Shown here one piece after another: positions 49,381-58,722 of a stretch of DNA of 64,000 nucleotides; within the stretch, counting starts at the first letter, position 1; each line of letters starts with the position of its first letter. Position numbers and translations under genes: made by a program. The notes beneath the pieces were generated by a model. It ran no database searches and was not told where the DNA came from. It saw only the letters and a list, made by a program, of their open reading frames with translations. The stretch covers positions 839 through 64,838 of the forward strand of contig JUEF01000034.1 in assembly GCA_000802045.1 (NCBI GenBank), given 5' to 3'. Source of the DNA: Peptococcaceae bacterium BICA1-8 (GTDB taxonomy: Bacteria; Bacillota; Peptococcia; Peptococcales; BICA1-8).

Positions 49381-50910
49381 CTAATCCCAAATCTTCCTGT
49401 CTAAAGACCTATACTGAATAGCCTCAGCTATGTGTTGGATATCAATTTGTTCTTTTCCCTCCAAATCTGCAATTGTTCGGGCAACTTTTATAATCCGATC
49501 ATGTGCTCGTGCAGTAAGTCCCAATTTATCAAATGCTTGTTTTAAAAGGTTTTTGCTTTCATTCTTTAAAGAACAGAACTTTCTAACGTCCTGTGTCTTC
49601 ATCTCAGAATTGGTAAAAATACTTGTATTATTAAATCTTTCCAGTTGAATTTGCCTAGCTCTTTCTACCCTTAGGCGAATTGTAGCACTTTCTTCCTCTA
49701 AGACTTCTGACTGTAATTCCTGAAATTCGAGTCTTGGAATCTCTAGGTGCAAATCTATTCTATCTAAAAGGGGTCCCGAGACCTTATTTCGATATTTCTG
49801 AGCCATATGTGGAGTGCATGTGCATTCTTTAATTGTATCACCATAATACCCACATGGACAGGGGTTCATTGCTGAAACCAAAAGAAATTTAGCAGGATAT
49901 GTTAGTTGGGCTGCAACACGCGAAACAGTAACCTTACCTTCTTCTAAAGGCTGTCGTAATGCTTCTAGGATATCCTTAGGGAACTCAGGAAATTCATCCA
50001 TAAATAAAACCCCATGATAACTAAGGCTTATCTCACCTGGAGTAGGTATCCTTCCACCTCCAATAATGCTTGCCTGGGAAGCACTGTGATGAGGTGCTCG
50101 GAAAGGTCGCTGATTAATTACCGGCTGTTGAGAGGGCAATAAACCAGAAATACTGTATATTTTTGTTATATCTAGGCATTCCTTAAAGGTTAATGTTGGC
50201 ATAATACCAGGAAGACATCGAGCCAGTAGAGTTTTTCCGGAACCTGGTGAACCTACCATTAGAACATTGTGATTACCAGCAGCTGAAATTTCTAAAGCTC
50301 TCTTGGCCTCTGCCTGACCTTTAACATCTCTAAAATCATAATCTAGAAAGGTCTCCTGCTGAAATAAATCCTCTAACTTTGGTGCTTGAACAGGCTTAGT
50401 TTGCTTAGGGTAAATAAGAAAATCAACTACATCCTTTAAATACTCAAAGCAATAGGTGGGGGTACCCCCTAATGCACCTTCGAGACCATTTTCCATAGGT
50501 ACAATTAGGTTATATTCACTTTTAGCCAGATGCAAAGAAATAGGTAAAACTCCATTTACCTTGCGCAGCCTGCCGTCTAAACCTAATTCTCCTACAGCCA
50601 TAATGTTATTTAATTTTTCAATTTCTAACTGATTTGTCGCAGCTAAAATAGCAAGTGCAATTGGTAAATCAAAGCTGGGGCCTTCTTTTTTGAGATGAGC
50701 CGGAGCCAAATTTACGACAATCCTCCTAGGTGGAAAGTCAAAACCTGAATTCCTTATAGCGGTTCTAACCCTTTCCTTGCTTTCTTTAACTGCGGTATCC
50801 GGAAGTCCTACTATATCCCAAGCCGGAAGCCCGCCTGCTGCATCAACTTCAATTTCAATCTCAAAAACTGATAAGCCCATAAGAGTAGAGCTTTTTACAT
50901 TTGCAAGCAT
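49381..50910 (-). CDS. comM: Mg-chelatase-like AAA+ ATPase YifB/ComM
   Basis: 509 aa with an N-terminal Lon-like domain (GLPAWDIVGLPDTAVKESKERV), Walker A GSPGSGKT, Walker B VLFMDEF and a C-terminal Mg-chelatase domain. Confidence 0.94.
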   Translation of the reverse strand: MLANVKSSTLMGLSVFEIEIEVDAAGGLPAWDIVGLPDTAVKESKERVRTAIRNSGFDFPPRRIVVNLAPAHLKKEGPSFDLPIALAILAATNQLEIEKLNNIMAVGELGLDGRLRKVNGVLPISLHLAKSEYNLIVPMENGLEGALGGTPTYCFEYLKDVVDFLIYPKQTKPVQAPKLEDLFQQETFLDYDFRDVKGQAEAKRALEISAAGNHNVLMVGSPGSGKTLLARCLPGIMPTLTFKECLDITKIYSISGLLPSQQPVINQRPFRAPHHSASQASIIGGGRIPTPGEISLSYHGVLFMDEFPEFPKDILEALRQPLEEGKVTVSRVAAQLTYPAKFLLVSAMNPCPCGYYGDTIKECTCTPHMAQKYRNKVSGPLLDRIDLHLEIPRLEFQELQSEVLEEESATIRLRVERARQIQLERFNNTSIFTNSEMKTQDVRKFCSLKNESKNLLKQAFDKLGLTARAHDRIIKVARTIADLEGKEQIDIQHIAEAIQYRSLDRKIWD

Positions 50911-50985
50911 GATATCCTCCGATAAAAAAATTGTAATATAATATATTACAATTTTACAGATATCGGCAAATATCCTTCTTTTTTA
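50822..50985. repeat. direct repeat copy A: comM codons 1-30, the ATG and the promoter block (attL-like)
   Basis: 50822-50910 matches 61890-61978 at 87/89 nt (80 consecutive identities). 50960-50985 is identical to 62027-62052. The centre (50911-50959) has diverged. Confidence 0.9.
50919..50985 (-). promoter_or_regulatory. sigma-D (sigma-28)-like promoter plus long imperfect palindrome in the comM leader
   Basis: Minus strand reads TAAA (50985-50982), a 14-nt spacer, then GCCGATAT (50967-50960). Then comes the palindrome CCGATA...ATTGTAATAT-ATT-ATATTACAAT-TTTTTTT-ATCGG, running into the SD GGAGG. Confidence 0.4.
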
Positions 50986-51189
50986 AGAATATTAATAAAT
51001 TACGTGATAATATACAGGTAATGCATACGCGTTAAATAGATTTTATTAGAACTGAGTCTATAATAAACATTATTCCAAAGTCACTAAATTTCCATGCAAG
51101 ATAAGAACTGGTCTGCCCCCCAATAAGTATACAAAAGTCTCTAATAATAATCAAAGAGTTATCACTAGACGTATTTGGGATAAAATAAG

Positions 51190-51368
51190 AAAGAAAATAT
51201 GAGCGAAGTTTTGCAGATGGCATGGAACCGCATGGACTTCGCTATCGTAGGTTAAATTTTGGAAGATAAAATATCCAAAAATAGGCGACAATGACGGCAT
51301 GTCAGAATATGAAAAAGATCGCAAATCATCTAGCTAAGGTAAGCTAGGAAGGTTTGCGACCTTTTTTT
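51190..51368 (+). ncRNA. candidate structured small RNA at the island's left end
   Basis: Weak promoter TTGGGA-17 nt-TATGAG (51175-51203). Hairpins AGCGAAGT/ACTTCGCT (51202-51209 / 51236-51243) and TTTTGGA/TCCAAAA (51257-51263 / 51274-51280), then a strong terminator. No convincing ORF (only 18-codon peptides). Confidence 0.25.
51319..51368 (+). terminator. rho-independent terminator (works in both directions)
   Basis: Nested stems TCGCAAA/TTTGCGA and CTAGCT/AGCTAG followed by TTTTTTT (51362-51368). The minus-strand version is followed by TTTTTC. Confidence 0.6.
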
Positions 51369-51410
51369 GTTACTATATTTTCGAATAATACTAAAAATAG
51401 TAACTTTTTT
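51369..51410 (+). terminator. second, back-to-back terminator hairpin
   Basis: GTTACTAT...ATAGTAAC stem (51369-51376 / 51397-51404) followed by TTTTTT. Confidence 0.5.
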
Positions 51411-51602
51411 ATTAGCTCCAAAATAAGCGTTTAAAATAAACGGGGTTTTTTCTACAATCTGAAGTATTATTTTCCCTTATTACATTTTCTAAAATTCAAT
51501 TCATTGGTATTTCCAAGACCAGACCCTCTCTTAATCCCGTATGTTATCCCTACCATTTACAATAAACTGGAAACTCCCTGGATTTTGAGAGAATTTTATA
51601 TA

Positions 51603-52967
51603 TCAAGCACTTATTTTTTCTGAATATTGAGGTAAATAATTCTTTGCAATACCATATTTCATCATTAGGTAATAAGATAGTCCAGCGGGAATTAAGCTAA
51701 TGTACCAGGAAAGTTGAACCTCAATTGCACCAAAAATAGCACCAATAACTATGGCAATAATGCCTGCCCAGTTGACCGATTTATATGGTCCATTTACATC
51801 ATACAAAACATTAAGGTCTAGCTGTTGTTTTCTAAAGAAATAATAGTCGACAACCAACACTGCAAAAATTGGGCCTAGAAAAACAGAGTATATTTGAATA
51901 AATAAGAAAAACCCCCCTGCTGTTGCAATTTTCCATGGGAATGTTAAAAATGCAAGTAAGCCAGTGATAACCGATCCTTTTTTCCAATCTATCCCAAATA
52001 AATCCATCATAACATACGTTGGAGGGACAACGTTTAACATAATATTAGTTGTAATTTGTGCGAGTACAACGAAAAAGAGGGCAGCGACAAGAACAAGCTT
52101 ATTAGGAAGTAGTTCAACAAATAAGTGAATAGGATCCCATTGACCAGTGACCCCCGCTGCAAGTAGCCCAATTACAGCCATAAATAAGGTAGTAGGAAGA
52201 GTTCCTACTATGTGAAGGATAAACATTAGTTTAGTGGTGCTGGATTTATTAAATTCCCTTGTATAGTCACTGATATTTAACATTAATGTAGTATAAATTC
52301 CGATAAATGCTGTAGTACCTCCCCAGAAAGCCAATCCCCAGGTTCCTGGTATGTTGATTATCTTTTCCTGTACTTGTGATCCATAGGCTGCATAAATTAT
52401 ATAAAGCATCCAGCATAACGAAATCATAATTATAACAGCACCAATATTTTCTAACCATTTGATTCCTTTAAACCCAAGTATTGACAGTAGGATCTGGAAT
52501 AGTTGGAATGTAACAAACCAGAACATAGGGCTATCAAAACTAAACAATTCGACAGAAATAGCATTTAGTGCCAATCCGCCAACCCAGGTCTGCACACCAT
52601 ACCAAAATATCGCTGGAACAGCCCTTATTACTCCGGGTAATTTTGAACCTTGAATTCCAAAGGCCGACCTTGCCTGTATGATAAAAGGGATACCATATTT
52701 ATGACCCGCTTGACCATTTAAGGTAAAACAGAAAGATACAATAGTCATTGAAACAATCATACATACAAAGGCTTGGAGGAGATTAAGCTTTCCTACGGGG
52801 GGGACTAAACTCGCACCCAGCATAAAGTATCCAATAAAAACACAACCACCAATCCAGGCAAACAAATATGATAAATTACCCATTATCCTATTTTCTTGGG
52901 GAAGTAAACTTTCCTCACCAAAACCCTTTTCTTCTACAACCGCTTGTACAGTTAACTTTTCTTCCAT
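51603..52967 (-). CDS. NCS1 family nucleobase/hydantoin/allantoin:cation symporter
   Basis: 454 aa, ~12 TM segments. The N-terminal region (NLSYLFAWIGGCVFIGYFMLGA) and overall pattern match NCS1 (Mhp1/PucI-like) permeases. Confidence 0.9.
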   Translation of the reverse strand: MEEKLTVQAVVEEKGFGEESLLPQENRIMGNLSYLFAWIGGCVFIGYFMLGASLVPPVGKLNLLQAFVCMIVSMTIVSFCFTLNGQAGHKYGIPFIIQARSAFGIQGSKLPGVIRAVPAIFWYGVQTWVGGLALNAISVELFSFDSPMFWFVTFQLFQILLSILGFKGIKWLENIGAVIIMISLCWMLYIIYAAYGSQVQEKIINIPGTWGLAFWGGTTAFIGIYTTLMLNISDYTREFNKSSTTKLMFILHIVGTLPTTLFMAVIGLLAAGVTGQWDPIHLFVELLPNKLVLVAALFFVVLAQITTNIMLNVVPPTYVMMDLFGIDWKKGSVITGLLAFLTFPWKIATAGGFFLFIQIYSVFLGPIFAVLVVDYYFFRKQQLDLNVLYDVNGPYKSVNWAGIIAIVIGAIFGAIEVQLSWYISLIPAGLSYYLMMKYGIAKNYLPQYSEKISA

Positions 52968-53035
52968 TTATTTTCCTCCTTTTTCTTGTTTTTCCTAGCT
53001 TTTTACAGGCCGGGAAAATAATTATTTGTCTTATT

Positions 53036-54430
53036 TTATAATCCGGAATAGGCAGTTCCATAAGGTTCACCCTTAATAAAAGACCCCTGTCCTAATTCTC
53101 CTAAAAATATTCCTTTTTCAGCCACAAGTTTACCCCTTAAAAAGACCTTATCAGCACGCCCTATTTGTTCCATGCCTTCATAAGAAGAGAAGTCAACTCC
53201 CTGTAAGCTGTTTTCAACTGCAATTCTCCCTTTCCAAGCTGGGTCAAACAATACAAAGTCAGCATCCGCACCAACTCCAATATGCCCCTTTCTTGGGAAT
53301 ATCCCATTAAATTTTGCAGGAGCTGTTGCAAAAACATCAACTAGCCTTTGACGGGTAATTCTTCCTTTTTCTACGCCATATGTCCAGAGAATGGCTAGGC
53401 GGTTCTCAACTCCTGGCGCTCCATTGGGTATTTTCGTAAAATCATAGTACCCTATATGCTTTTGCTCTTTCCAGTTAAATCCACAATGGTCAGATCCAAC
53501 AACTTGCAACCAACCCTTTTGTACAGCCTGCCACATAGCTTCAAGATGTTCAGGAGTTCGTAATGCAGGGGAGCATACATATTTAGCCCCTTCAAAATCT
53601 GGCTTTGCAAGGTTATCAACTGTCAAAACCATATAATGAGGACATGTTTCACCATAGATGGGAAGGCCCTTGGCAAATGCATCACGAATTGCCTCCATTG
53701 CCCCTATGCAGCTTACATGAACCACAAATAAAGGTGCTCCGGCCGCTTCAGCTAAGGTAATGGCACGGGATGTACATTCTGTTTCCACAATAGGAGGCCT
53801 GGAAACTGCATGATATTTAGGCTCCAATTGACCAGCTTCTACACATTGTTTTTGTAAAACATCAATTATATCACCATTTTCTGCATGAACCATCATGGTA
53901 ACTCCTGCTTTTTTTGCTGCCTGAAGACCTCTAAAAATTACACCATCATCACACATAAAAGGTGTGCCTTTATACGCCATGAACATCTTTAAAGTTGGTA
54001 TGCCAATCTCAGGAAGCTTAGGTATCTCCTCAAAAAGTTCATTAGTCACATCCATTACCATCCCGTGGAAACTGTAGTCGACCATAGCCTTACCTTTAGC
54101 CTGTTCCTCAATATGCTTCGCAACTGATTCTCTTAGGCTCATCCCTTTAGGCTGAGGAACAAAATCTACTATTGTGGTTGTACCACCTACAATTGCAGCA
54201 TTGGTAGTTTCAAATCCCCTTGTATATGTACCTCCGAAAGGCAGTGCAAAATGGGTATGTTGATCTATTCCACCAGGAAGTACATACATCCCCGCGGCAT
54301 CCACAATCTCCCTGGCCCTCCCGTCCAATCCTTCTCCAATTGCAATAATTTTTTCTCCTTCAACCAGAATATCAGCTTTATACTCATCCAAAGAAGTCAC
54401 AATAATTCCATTTTTAATCAATAAACTCAT
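53036..54430 (-). CDS. D-hydantoinase / dihydropyrimidinase (cyclic amidohydrolase)
   Basis: 464 aa. It aligns in my reading end to end with Bacillus-type D-hydantoinase. Matching motifs: GGIDQHTHF, KMFMAYK (carbamylated Lys), VHAENGD, GSDHC, FTKIPNGAPGVE and DADFVLFDP. Confidence 0.92.
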   Translation of the reverse strand: MSLLIKNGIIVTSLDEYKADILVEGEKIIAIGEGLDGRAREIVDAAGMYVLPGGIDQHTHFALPFGGTYTRGFETTNAAIVGGTTTIVDFVPQPKGMSLRESVAKHIEEQAKGKAMVDYSFHGMVMDVTNELFEEIPKLPEIGIPTLKMFMAYKGTPFMCDDGVIFRGLQAAKKAGVTMMVHAENGDIIDVLQKQCVEAGQLEPKYHAVSRPPIVETECTSRAITLAEAAGAPLFVVHVSCIGAMEAIRDAFAKGLPIYGETCPHYMVLTVDNLAKPDFEGAKYVCSPALRTPEHLEAMWQAVQKGWLQVVGSDHCGFNWKEQKHIGYYDFTKIPNGAPGVENRLAILWTYGVEKGRITRQRLVDVFATAPAKFNGIFPRKGHIGVGADADFVLFDPAWKGRIAVENSLQGVDFSSYEGMEQIGRADKVFLRGKLVAEKGIFLGELGQGSFIKGEPYGTAYSGL

Positions 54431-54477
54431 GCTTTTCCTCCTTTAAATTTATTAAAATAAAAAAAATTTCACCTCCT

Positions 54478-55728
54478 CTAAGTTTTTTTGGTTAAGCTGG
54501 AAGTAAGTTTATATACCACATTAAGCAATAGTTCACAACCAGCCTTAATATCTTCATAACTTGTTAATTCTTCAGGGACATGACTCCTGCCCCCAATACT
54601 GGGCACGAATATCATTCCGACATTGGTAATACCGCCAAATAAACAGGCATCATGCCCAGCACCGCTGTTCATTTTTTTATAAGGAAGTCCTTTTTCTATT
54701 GCAGTTTCTTCAATTAAATTTACTAACTCGTTTGATAAAATAATAGGATTCGATTCGCCTAATAATTTCATAGATGTACTTAAGTTGAATTTCTTTGAGA
54801 TTTCATTAAGCTTTTTCTCAACCTCATTGAGTATAATTCTTATCCCTTCCGGGTTTGTATCTCTAACATCAAGAGTAAAATTTATTTTTCCGGGAATGAC
54901 ATTAGGGACATTTGGATGACAAATAATTTTACCAACAGTAGCAACTGTTGACGGATAAGCCGTTCTAGTTTTACTATTAATGGTAGTAATAACCTCTGAT
55001 GCTCCTACCAGAGCATCATTCCTCATAACCATAGGGGTAGCACCTGCATGATTTGGTACTCCTCTAATTTCAATTTCAAACCATTTAATACCAGCAATTG
55101 CTTCAACTATTCCTATTGGTTTTTTTTCACTTTCTAACACAACACTTTGTTCGATATGAAGCTCAATCATAGCCATAATATCCCCGGTTTTTATTAAGTA
55201 TTTCTGCGAACTATCAGGATCAAAACCAACTTCTTTTGCAACTTCATACATGGATAAGCCCATACTGTTTTTGATACTCTTAATTTCATCAATCCCGTAT
55301 TTTCCTGTCAATACTTTACTTCCTGCCATAGTTGATCCAAAATTTGACCCCTCTTCTTCTACAAAAATAATCAGTTCTATAGGAATATCATTTTTTATAT
55401 TGTTTTCTTTGAAAACTCTAATTACCTCAAGGGATCCTACTACTCCCAAAACACCGTCAAAAATACCTCCGTGAAGCACTGTATCAATATGGGAACCAAT
55501 TAGAACTGCAGGTGCATCCTTCATACTGCCTTCCAATCGAGCACGAATATTTCCTACCCCGTCAATGCTAGTAGTAAGTCCTAGTCTGTTTATCTCCTCA
55601 ATGAGGTAATTTCTTGCCTTTGAATCTTCTGGGCTGTATGAAAATCTAGTACAACCTTGTCCTGGTGTTGCATTGAATTCAGCAATTTTTTCAATATCTC
55701 TTTTTACTCGGGATATGTTAATCTCCAT
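54478..55728 (-). CDS. M20-family N-carbamoyl-amino-acid / beta-ureidopropionate / allantoate amidohydrolase
   Basis: 416 aa with GSHIDTV, FVEEEGSNFG and HAGATPM motifs, typical of the AmaB/AllC/hydantoin-utilisation-protein-C subgroup of peptidase M20. Confidence 0.88.
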   Translation of the reverse strand: MEINISRVKRDIEKIAEFNATPGQGCTRFSYSPEDSKARNYLIEEINRLGLTTSIDGVGNIRARLEGSMKDAPAVLIGSHIDTVLHGGIFDGVLGVVGSLEVIRVFKENNIKNDIPIELIIFVEEEGSNFGSTMAGSKVLTGKYGIDEIKSIKNSMGLSMYEVAKEVGFDPDSSQKYLIKTGDIMAMIELHIEQSVVLESEKKPIGIVEAIAGIKWFEIEIRGVPNHAGATPMVMRNDALVGASEVITTINSKTRTAYPSTVATVGKIICHPNVPNVIPGKINFTLDVRDTNPEGIRIILNEVEKKLNEISKKFNLSTSMKLLGESNPIILSNELVNLIEETAIEKGLPYKKMNSGAGHDACLFGGITNVGMIFVPSIGGRSHVPEELTSYEDIKAGCELLLNVVYKLTSSLTKKT

Positions 55729-55945
55729 TAATAATTCACCCTTTTTCTTATTTTTAAAAAGTATTATCCTTCATTTATTTATTGATCTTATACCTTTTAG
55801 TAAGGATGCATTTGCGTTTTTATATTGCTCTAATTCATGGGACTAGCCGCCACTTTACAGATAATCTTTCTTTCTATTCTCATTAATTTACGTCTTTCGA
55901 GATTTTGATTATTTATTTTTACCTCCTTTTCCTTAGAAAGACATG

Positions 55946-56260
55946 TTACTCCTTCCAAACTGGTTTAGATTCTATAATTAAAATTGACGCAGTATCAGTT
56001 GTTTCTGGCTTATACAATATTCCTTTAGGAATAAATACACCTTCATTTTCTTCCAGTTGTATTACATCATTCTCCATAATAATAACTAGGTTACCTCTAA
56101 GAAGTAGGACAAATCTATCAGACTGTTCACTGGCAAACCAACAGGAGTCACTGTTAATGCGGCAAAAGCTTATTAAACAACCATTAAATTCAGAAAATTC
56201 AAATAGGTAAGTCTTGTCTAAGTCCCTTGATATATTATTAAAATTCATTTTCCTTAACAA
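55946..56260 (-). CDS. small single-domain cupin protein
   Basis: 104 aa (TTG start 10 nt after AGGAGGAGG). Beta-barrel pattern LLLRGNLVIIMENDVIQLEENEGVFIPKGILYKPE. First gene behind the sigma-54 promoter. Confidence 0.65.
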   Translation of the reverse strand: MLRKMNFNNISRDLDKTYLFEFSEFNGCLISFCRINSDSCWFASEQSDRFVLLLRGNLVIIMENDVIQLEENEGVFIPKGILYKPETTDTASILIIESKPVWKE

Positions 56261-56303
56261 TACTTCCTATCCTCCTCCTATAGAATTCTACAATATATTA
56301 ACT

Positions 56304-56319
56304 TGCAAAAATCATACCT
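56304..56319 (-). promoter_or_regulatory. sigma-54 (-24/-12) promoter of the cupin-carbamoylase-hydantoinase-permease operon
   Basis: Minus strand reads AGGTAT, a 5-nt spacer, then TTGCA, so GG-N10-GC is preserved. Lies 44 nt upstream of the cupin start. Confidence 0.55.
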
Positions 56320-56372
56320 GCTAATAATGTAGGCAAAATATTGATATACTTCTATTTAGCCATTTATTTTAG

Positions 56373-56405
56373 TGCATTTCTGCACACAATTTTGCATTAT
56401 TGCAC
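56373..56405. promoter_or_regulatory. candidate enhancer (UAS): two TGCATTNNTGCAC boxes
   Basis: TGCATTTCTGCAC (56373-56385) and TGCATTATTGCAC (56393-56405), 20 nt apart start to start. They lie 54-86 nt upstream of the -24 element. Confidence 0.35.
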
Positions 56406-56473
56406 TAATCTTTATATTGTAGTTTTCCTCCATTCCGTAGCCATTTTAAATGGATTAAATCATAACAAGAGAA

Positions 56474-56496
56474 AAGTTCCCTTTATTGGGGAACTT
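56474..56496 (-). terminator. terminator of the sigma-54 activator gene
   Basis: 8-bp stem AAGTTCCC / GGGAACTT followed on the minus strand by TTCTCTTGTT. Confidence 0.55.
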
Positions 56497-56523
56497 CTAA
56501 AAAACTTATCTCTTATACTACAA

Positions 56524-58605
56524 TTAATATACATCAGGTTTAGTGCTAAAGTATTTATTTGCTTTCCTAAGTATTGTCGTCCTATGAACACCTAATACTT
56601 CCGCCACTTTATTTATATTTGAATACTTTTGATATGCCATCATTATTAGGTCCTTTTCCAACCTTTCAACAGCTAAGTCCAAAGGTAAAATATTATTTAT
56701 CTGTAAAATATCCCTGGCAGTTTCCACTTCCTCCTGAAGTTCTCCTGGCAGCTGGTTAAGGTTTATGGTTTCACCTTCTATTGTTACTACCAGTCTCTCT
56801 ATCATATTTTCCAACTGTCTTACATTCCCCGGCCAAGAATATTGGATTAACCTTTCAATTGCTTCAGAACTAAAATGTTTTCTTAACAAATATTTTTCAC
56901 CAAACTTTGACAAATAGTAATTTACCAGGATTGGTATCTCATCCTTCCGCTCTCTTAGTGGAGGTACAATAATCGGAATAACATTTAAGCGATAATATAA
57001 ATCTTCTCTAAACTCGCCCTTATTTACCATTTTTATTAAATTTCTGTGAGTAGCTGCAATAATTCTTATATCCACTTCAATTGGTTTTATACCCCCAACA
57101 GGATAAAACTTTTTTTCCTGTATTAATTGCAATACCTTTACCTGAAGTGCTAAGGGAAGATCCCCTATCTCATCCAAAAACAACGTCCCTTTATTAGCCT
57201 GCAATACTAAACCAACTTTCCCTTCTTTTGAAGCCCCAGTAAATGCTCCCCTAACATATCCAAAAAGTTCAGACTCCAGTAAGTTTTCTGGAATAGCTCC
57301 ACAATTTATTTTTATAAAAGAATTATCTTTTCGTGCTGAAGAATCTTGAATAAACCTGGCAACCACTTCTTTTCCAGAACCGGATTCGCCGGTTATTAAT
57401 ACTGTAGTATCTACCATTGCCACCCTAGATGCCAGGTCTACAACCTTTGCCATCTTTGAACTTCTGGCAATTATTCTTTCCTCCGCCTTTTCCCTCCGCA
57501 ATTCACCTAATTCTTTTTGGTATTTTTTTAGAAGTTCTTCCGTTTCTTCCAGTTGAAGTTTCAACCTGCTTAATTCGGTAATATCATGAGAGAAGTTTAT
57601 TATCCTGTATAAGTTCCCATCATTATCAAAAATAGGTACACCGGTTACAAAAAGCCGTCTTCCGCCTTTCGTATCCTGAATTAGTGTCTGTCTTTTTTTT
57701 GTCTGCAAAACCAGGTTTGTCACTGATTTTGATAAAACACTAGTTTTTTCTAAGTCTTTTACATTTCTGCCAATGAACTCCTCCATCTTTATTCCAAACA
57801 TCTTTTCCAGGGATGAGCTGGCACGCAGAGCAATTCCATTTTGATCAATTACCGTAATTAAATCGTACGAATTATCCATAATAAACTCTAATTCTTGATT
57901 TAATGCTATTTCCTCGTCCAGTTTTTTTGATACTCTTTCCAAGTCGTTAATATTCTGGAATACTCCAATTGCACCCATTACTTTTCCGTCTTTTACTATT
58001 GAGGTTCTATTCGTAACAATAATATTACCATTTATTAGCTGTTTTTCTCCTGTTACACTCTCACCGGTTCTGCTTACTACTAACAATTGGGAGGTCGGAA
58101 TTATATCATATACTAACTTACCAACAGCATCACTTTTCTTAATTCCGCTTATTTTTGCAGATGCCTCATTAAAGATTGTTATATAACCCTCATCATCTAT
58201 TGCGATTATACCGTTATGAATTGAATCTAAAATAATATTTTGTTCAGTCAGTACGTGACCTAAAAGGCCGATACTGTTTCTGTTTATACCGCTAAGATAA
58301 CCGTCGTTTTCAATAATGATATATCTCTTCTCATTTCCTGTCTCAACTAGGCTTTTGCCTGTTACAAAAGTAAAATCTTTGTGAATAAAAGGTAAAATGA
58401 GACTGTCAAATTTTATATCTGAAGATGCTATCGCAGCTAACATATCTTCTAAAACCAGAACTCCTTCTACCTTTTTAGCATTATTACTTACTACGGGACA
58501 GTAATTAAGTTCACTTTTCGAGAACAGTGAGATAGCATCCATAATAGTATTATTCAATTTAATTAGCCCTTGAAAAGGCTTTGCAATTTCCCTATACAAT
58601 ATCAA
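56524..58605 (-). CDS. sigma-54-dependent transcriptional activator (CBS + PAS sensor, AAA+, Fis-type HTH)
   Basis: 693 aa. Has an N-terminal CBS-like segment and PAS repeats. AAA+ motifs are GESGSGKE and VRGAFTGA (GAFTGA loop), plus LFLDEIGDL. C-terminal HTH is INKVAEVLGVHRTTILRKANKY. TTG start 6 nt after GAGGTG. Confidence 0.93.
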   Translation of the reverse strand: MILYREIAKPFQGLIKLNNTIMDAISLFSKSELNYCPVVSNNAKKVEGVLVLEDMLAAIASSDIKFDSLILPFIHKDFTFVTGKSLVETGNEKRYIIIENDGYLSGINRNSIGLLGHVLTEQNIILDSIHNGIIAIDDEGYITIFNEASAKISGIKKSDAVGKLVYDIIPTSQLLVVSRTGESVTGEKQLINGNIIVTNRTSIVKDGKVMGAIGVFQNINDLERVSKKLDEEIALNQELEFIMDNSYDLITVIDQNGIALRASSSLEKMFGIKMEEFIGRNVKDLEKTSVLSKSVTNLVLQTKKRQTLIQDTKGGRRLFVTGVPIFDNDGNLYRIINFSHDITELSRLKLQLEETEELLKKYQKELGELRREKAEERIIARSSKMAKVVDLASRVAMVDTTVLITGESGSGKEVVARFIQDSSARKDNSFIKINCGAIPENLLESELFGYVRGAFTGASKEGKVGLVLQANKGTLFLDEIGDLPLALQVKVLQLIQEKKFYPVGGIKPIEVDIRIIAATHRNLIKMVNKGEFREDLYYRLNVIPIIVPPLRERKDEIPILVNYYLSKFGEKYLLRKHFSSEAIERLIQYSWPGNVRQLENMIERLVVTIEGETINLNQLPGELQEEVETARDILQINNILPLDLAVERLEKDLIMMAYQKYSNINKVAEVLGVHRTTILRKANKYFSTKPDVY

Positions 58606-58722
58606 TGGAATTCACCTCTTAGAATTTTAAATATAAAAGGAATTCTCTCTGTTTAATAAAAACCCTTTTATCTTAATATTTTTTTTTGAAAATTCTAATT
58701 ATTTAAACTAGTTATTTCTCGT

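Noticed and set aside
51032-51223. 63-aa minus-strand ORF at the island's left end
   Set aside because: It has no SD, an odd composition and no domain pattern. It lies in a region dominated by hairpins. I kept it only as a possible pseudogene trace.
55729-55945. A sigma-54 promoter or riboswitch in the 217-nt gap between the cupin and carbamoylase genes
   Set aside because: TGGCGG-N5-CCCAT does not satisfy GG-N10-GC. I recognised no conserved riboswitch core, so I left the gap unannotated.
55905-56210. 101-aa plus-strand ORF opposite the cupin gene
   Set aside because: The minus-strand frame has a cupin beta-barrel pattern, a strong SD and a sigma-54 promoter. The plus-strand frame has none of these.
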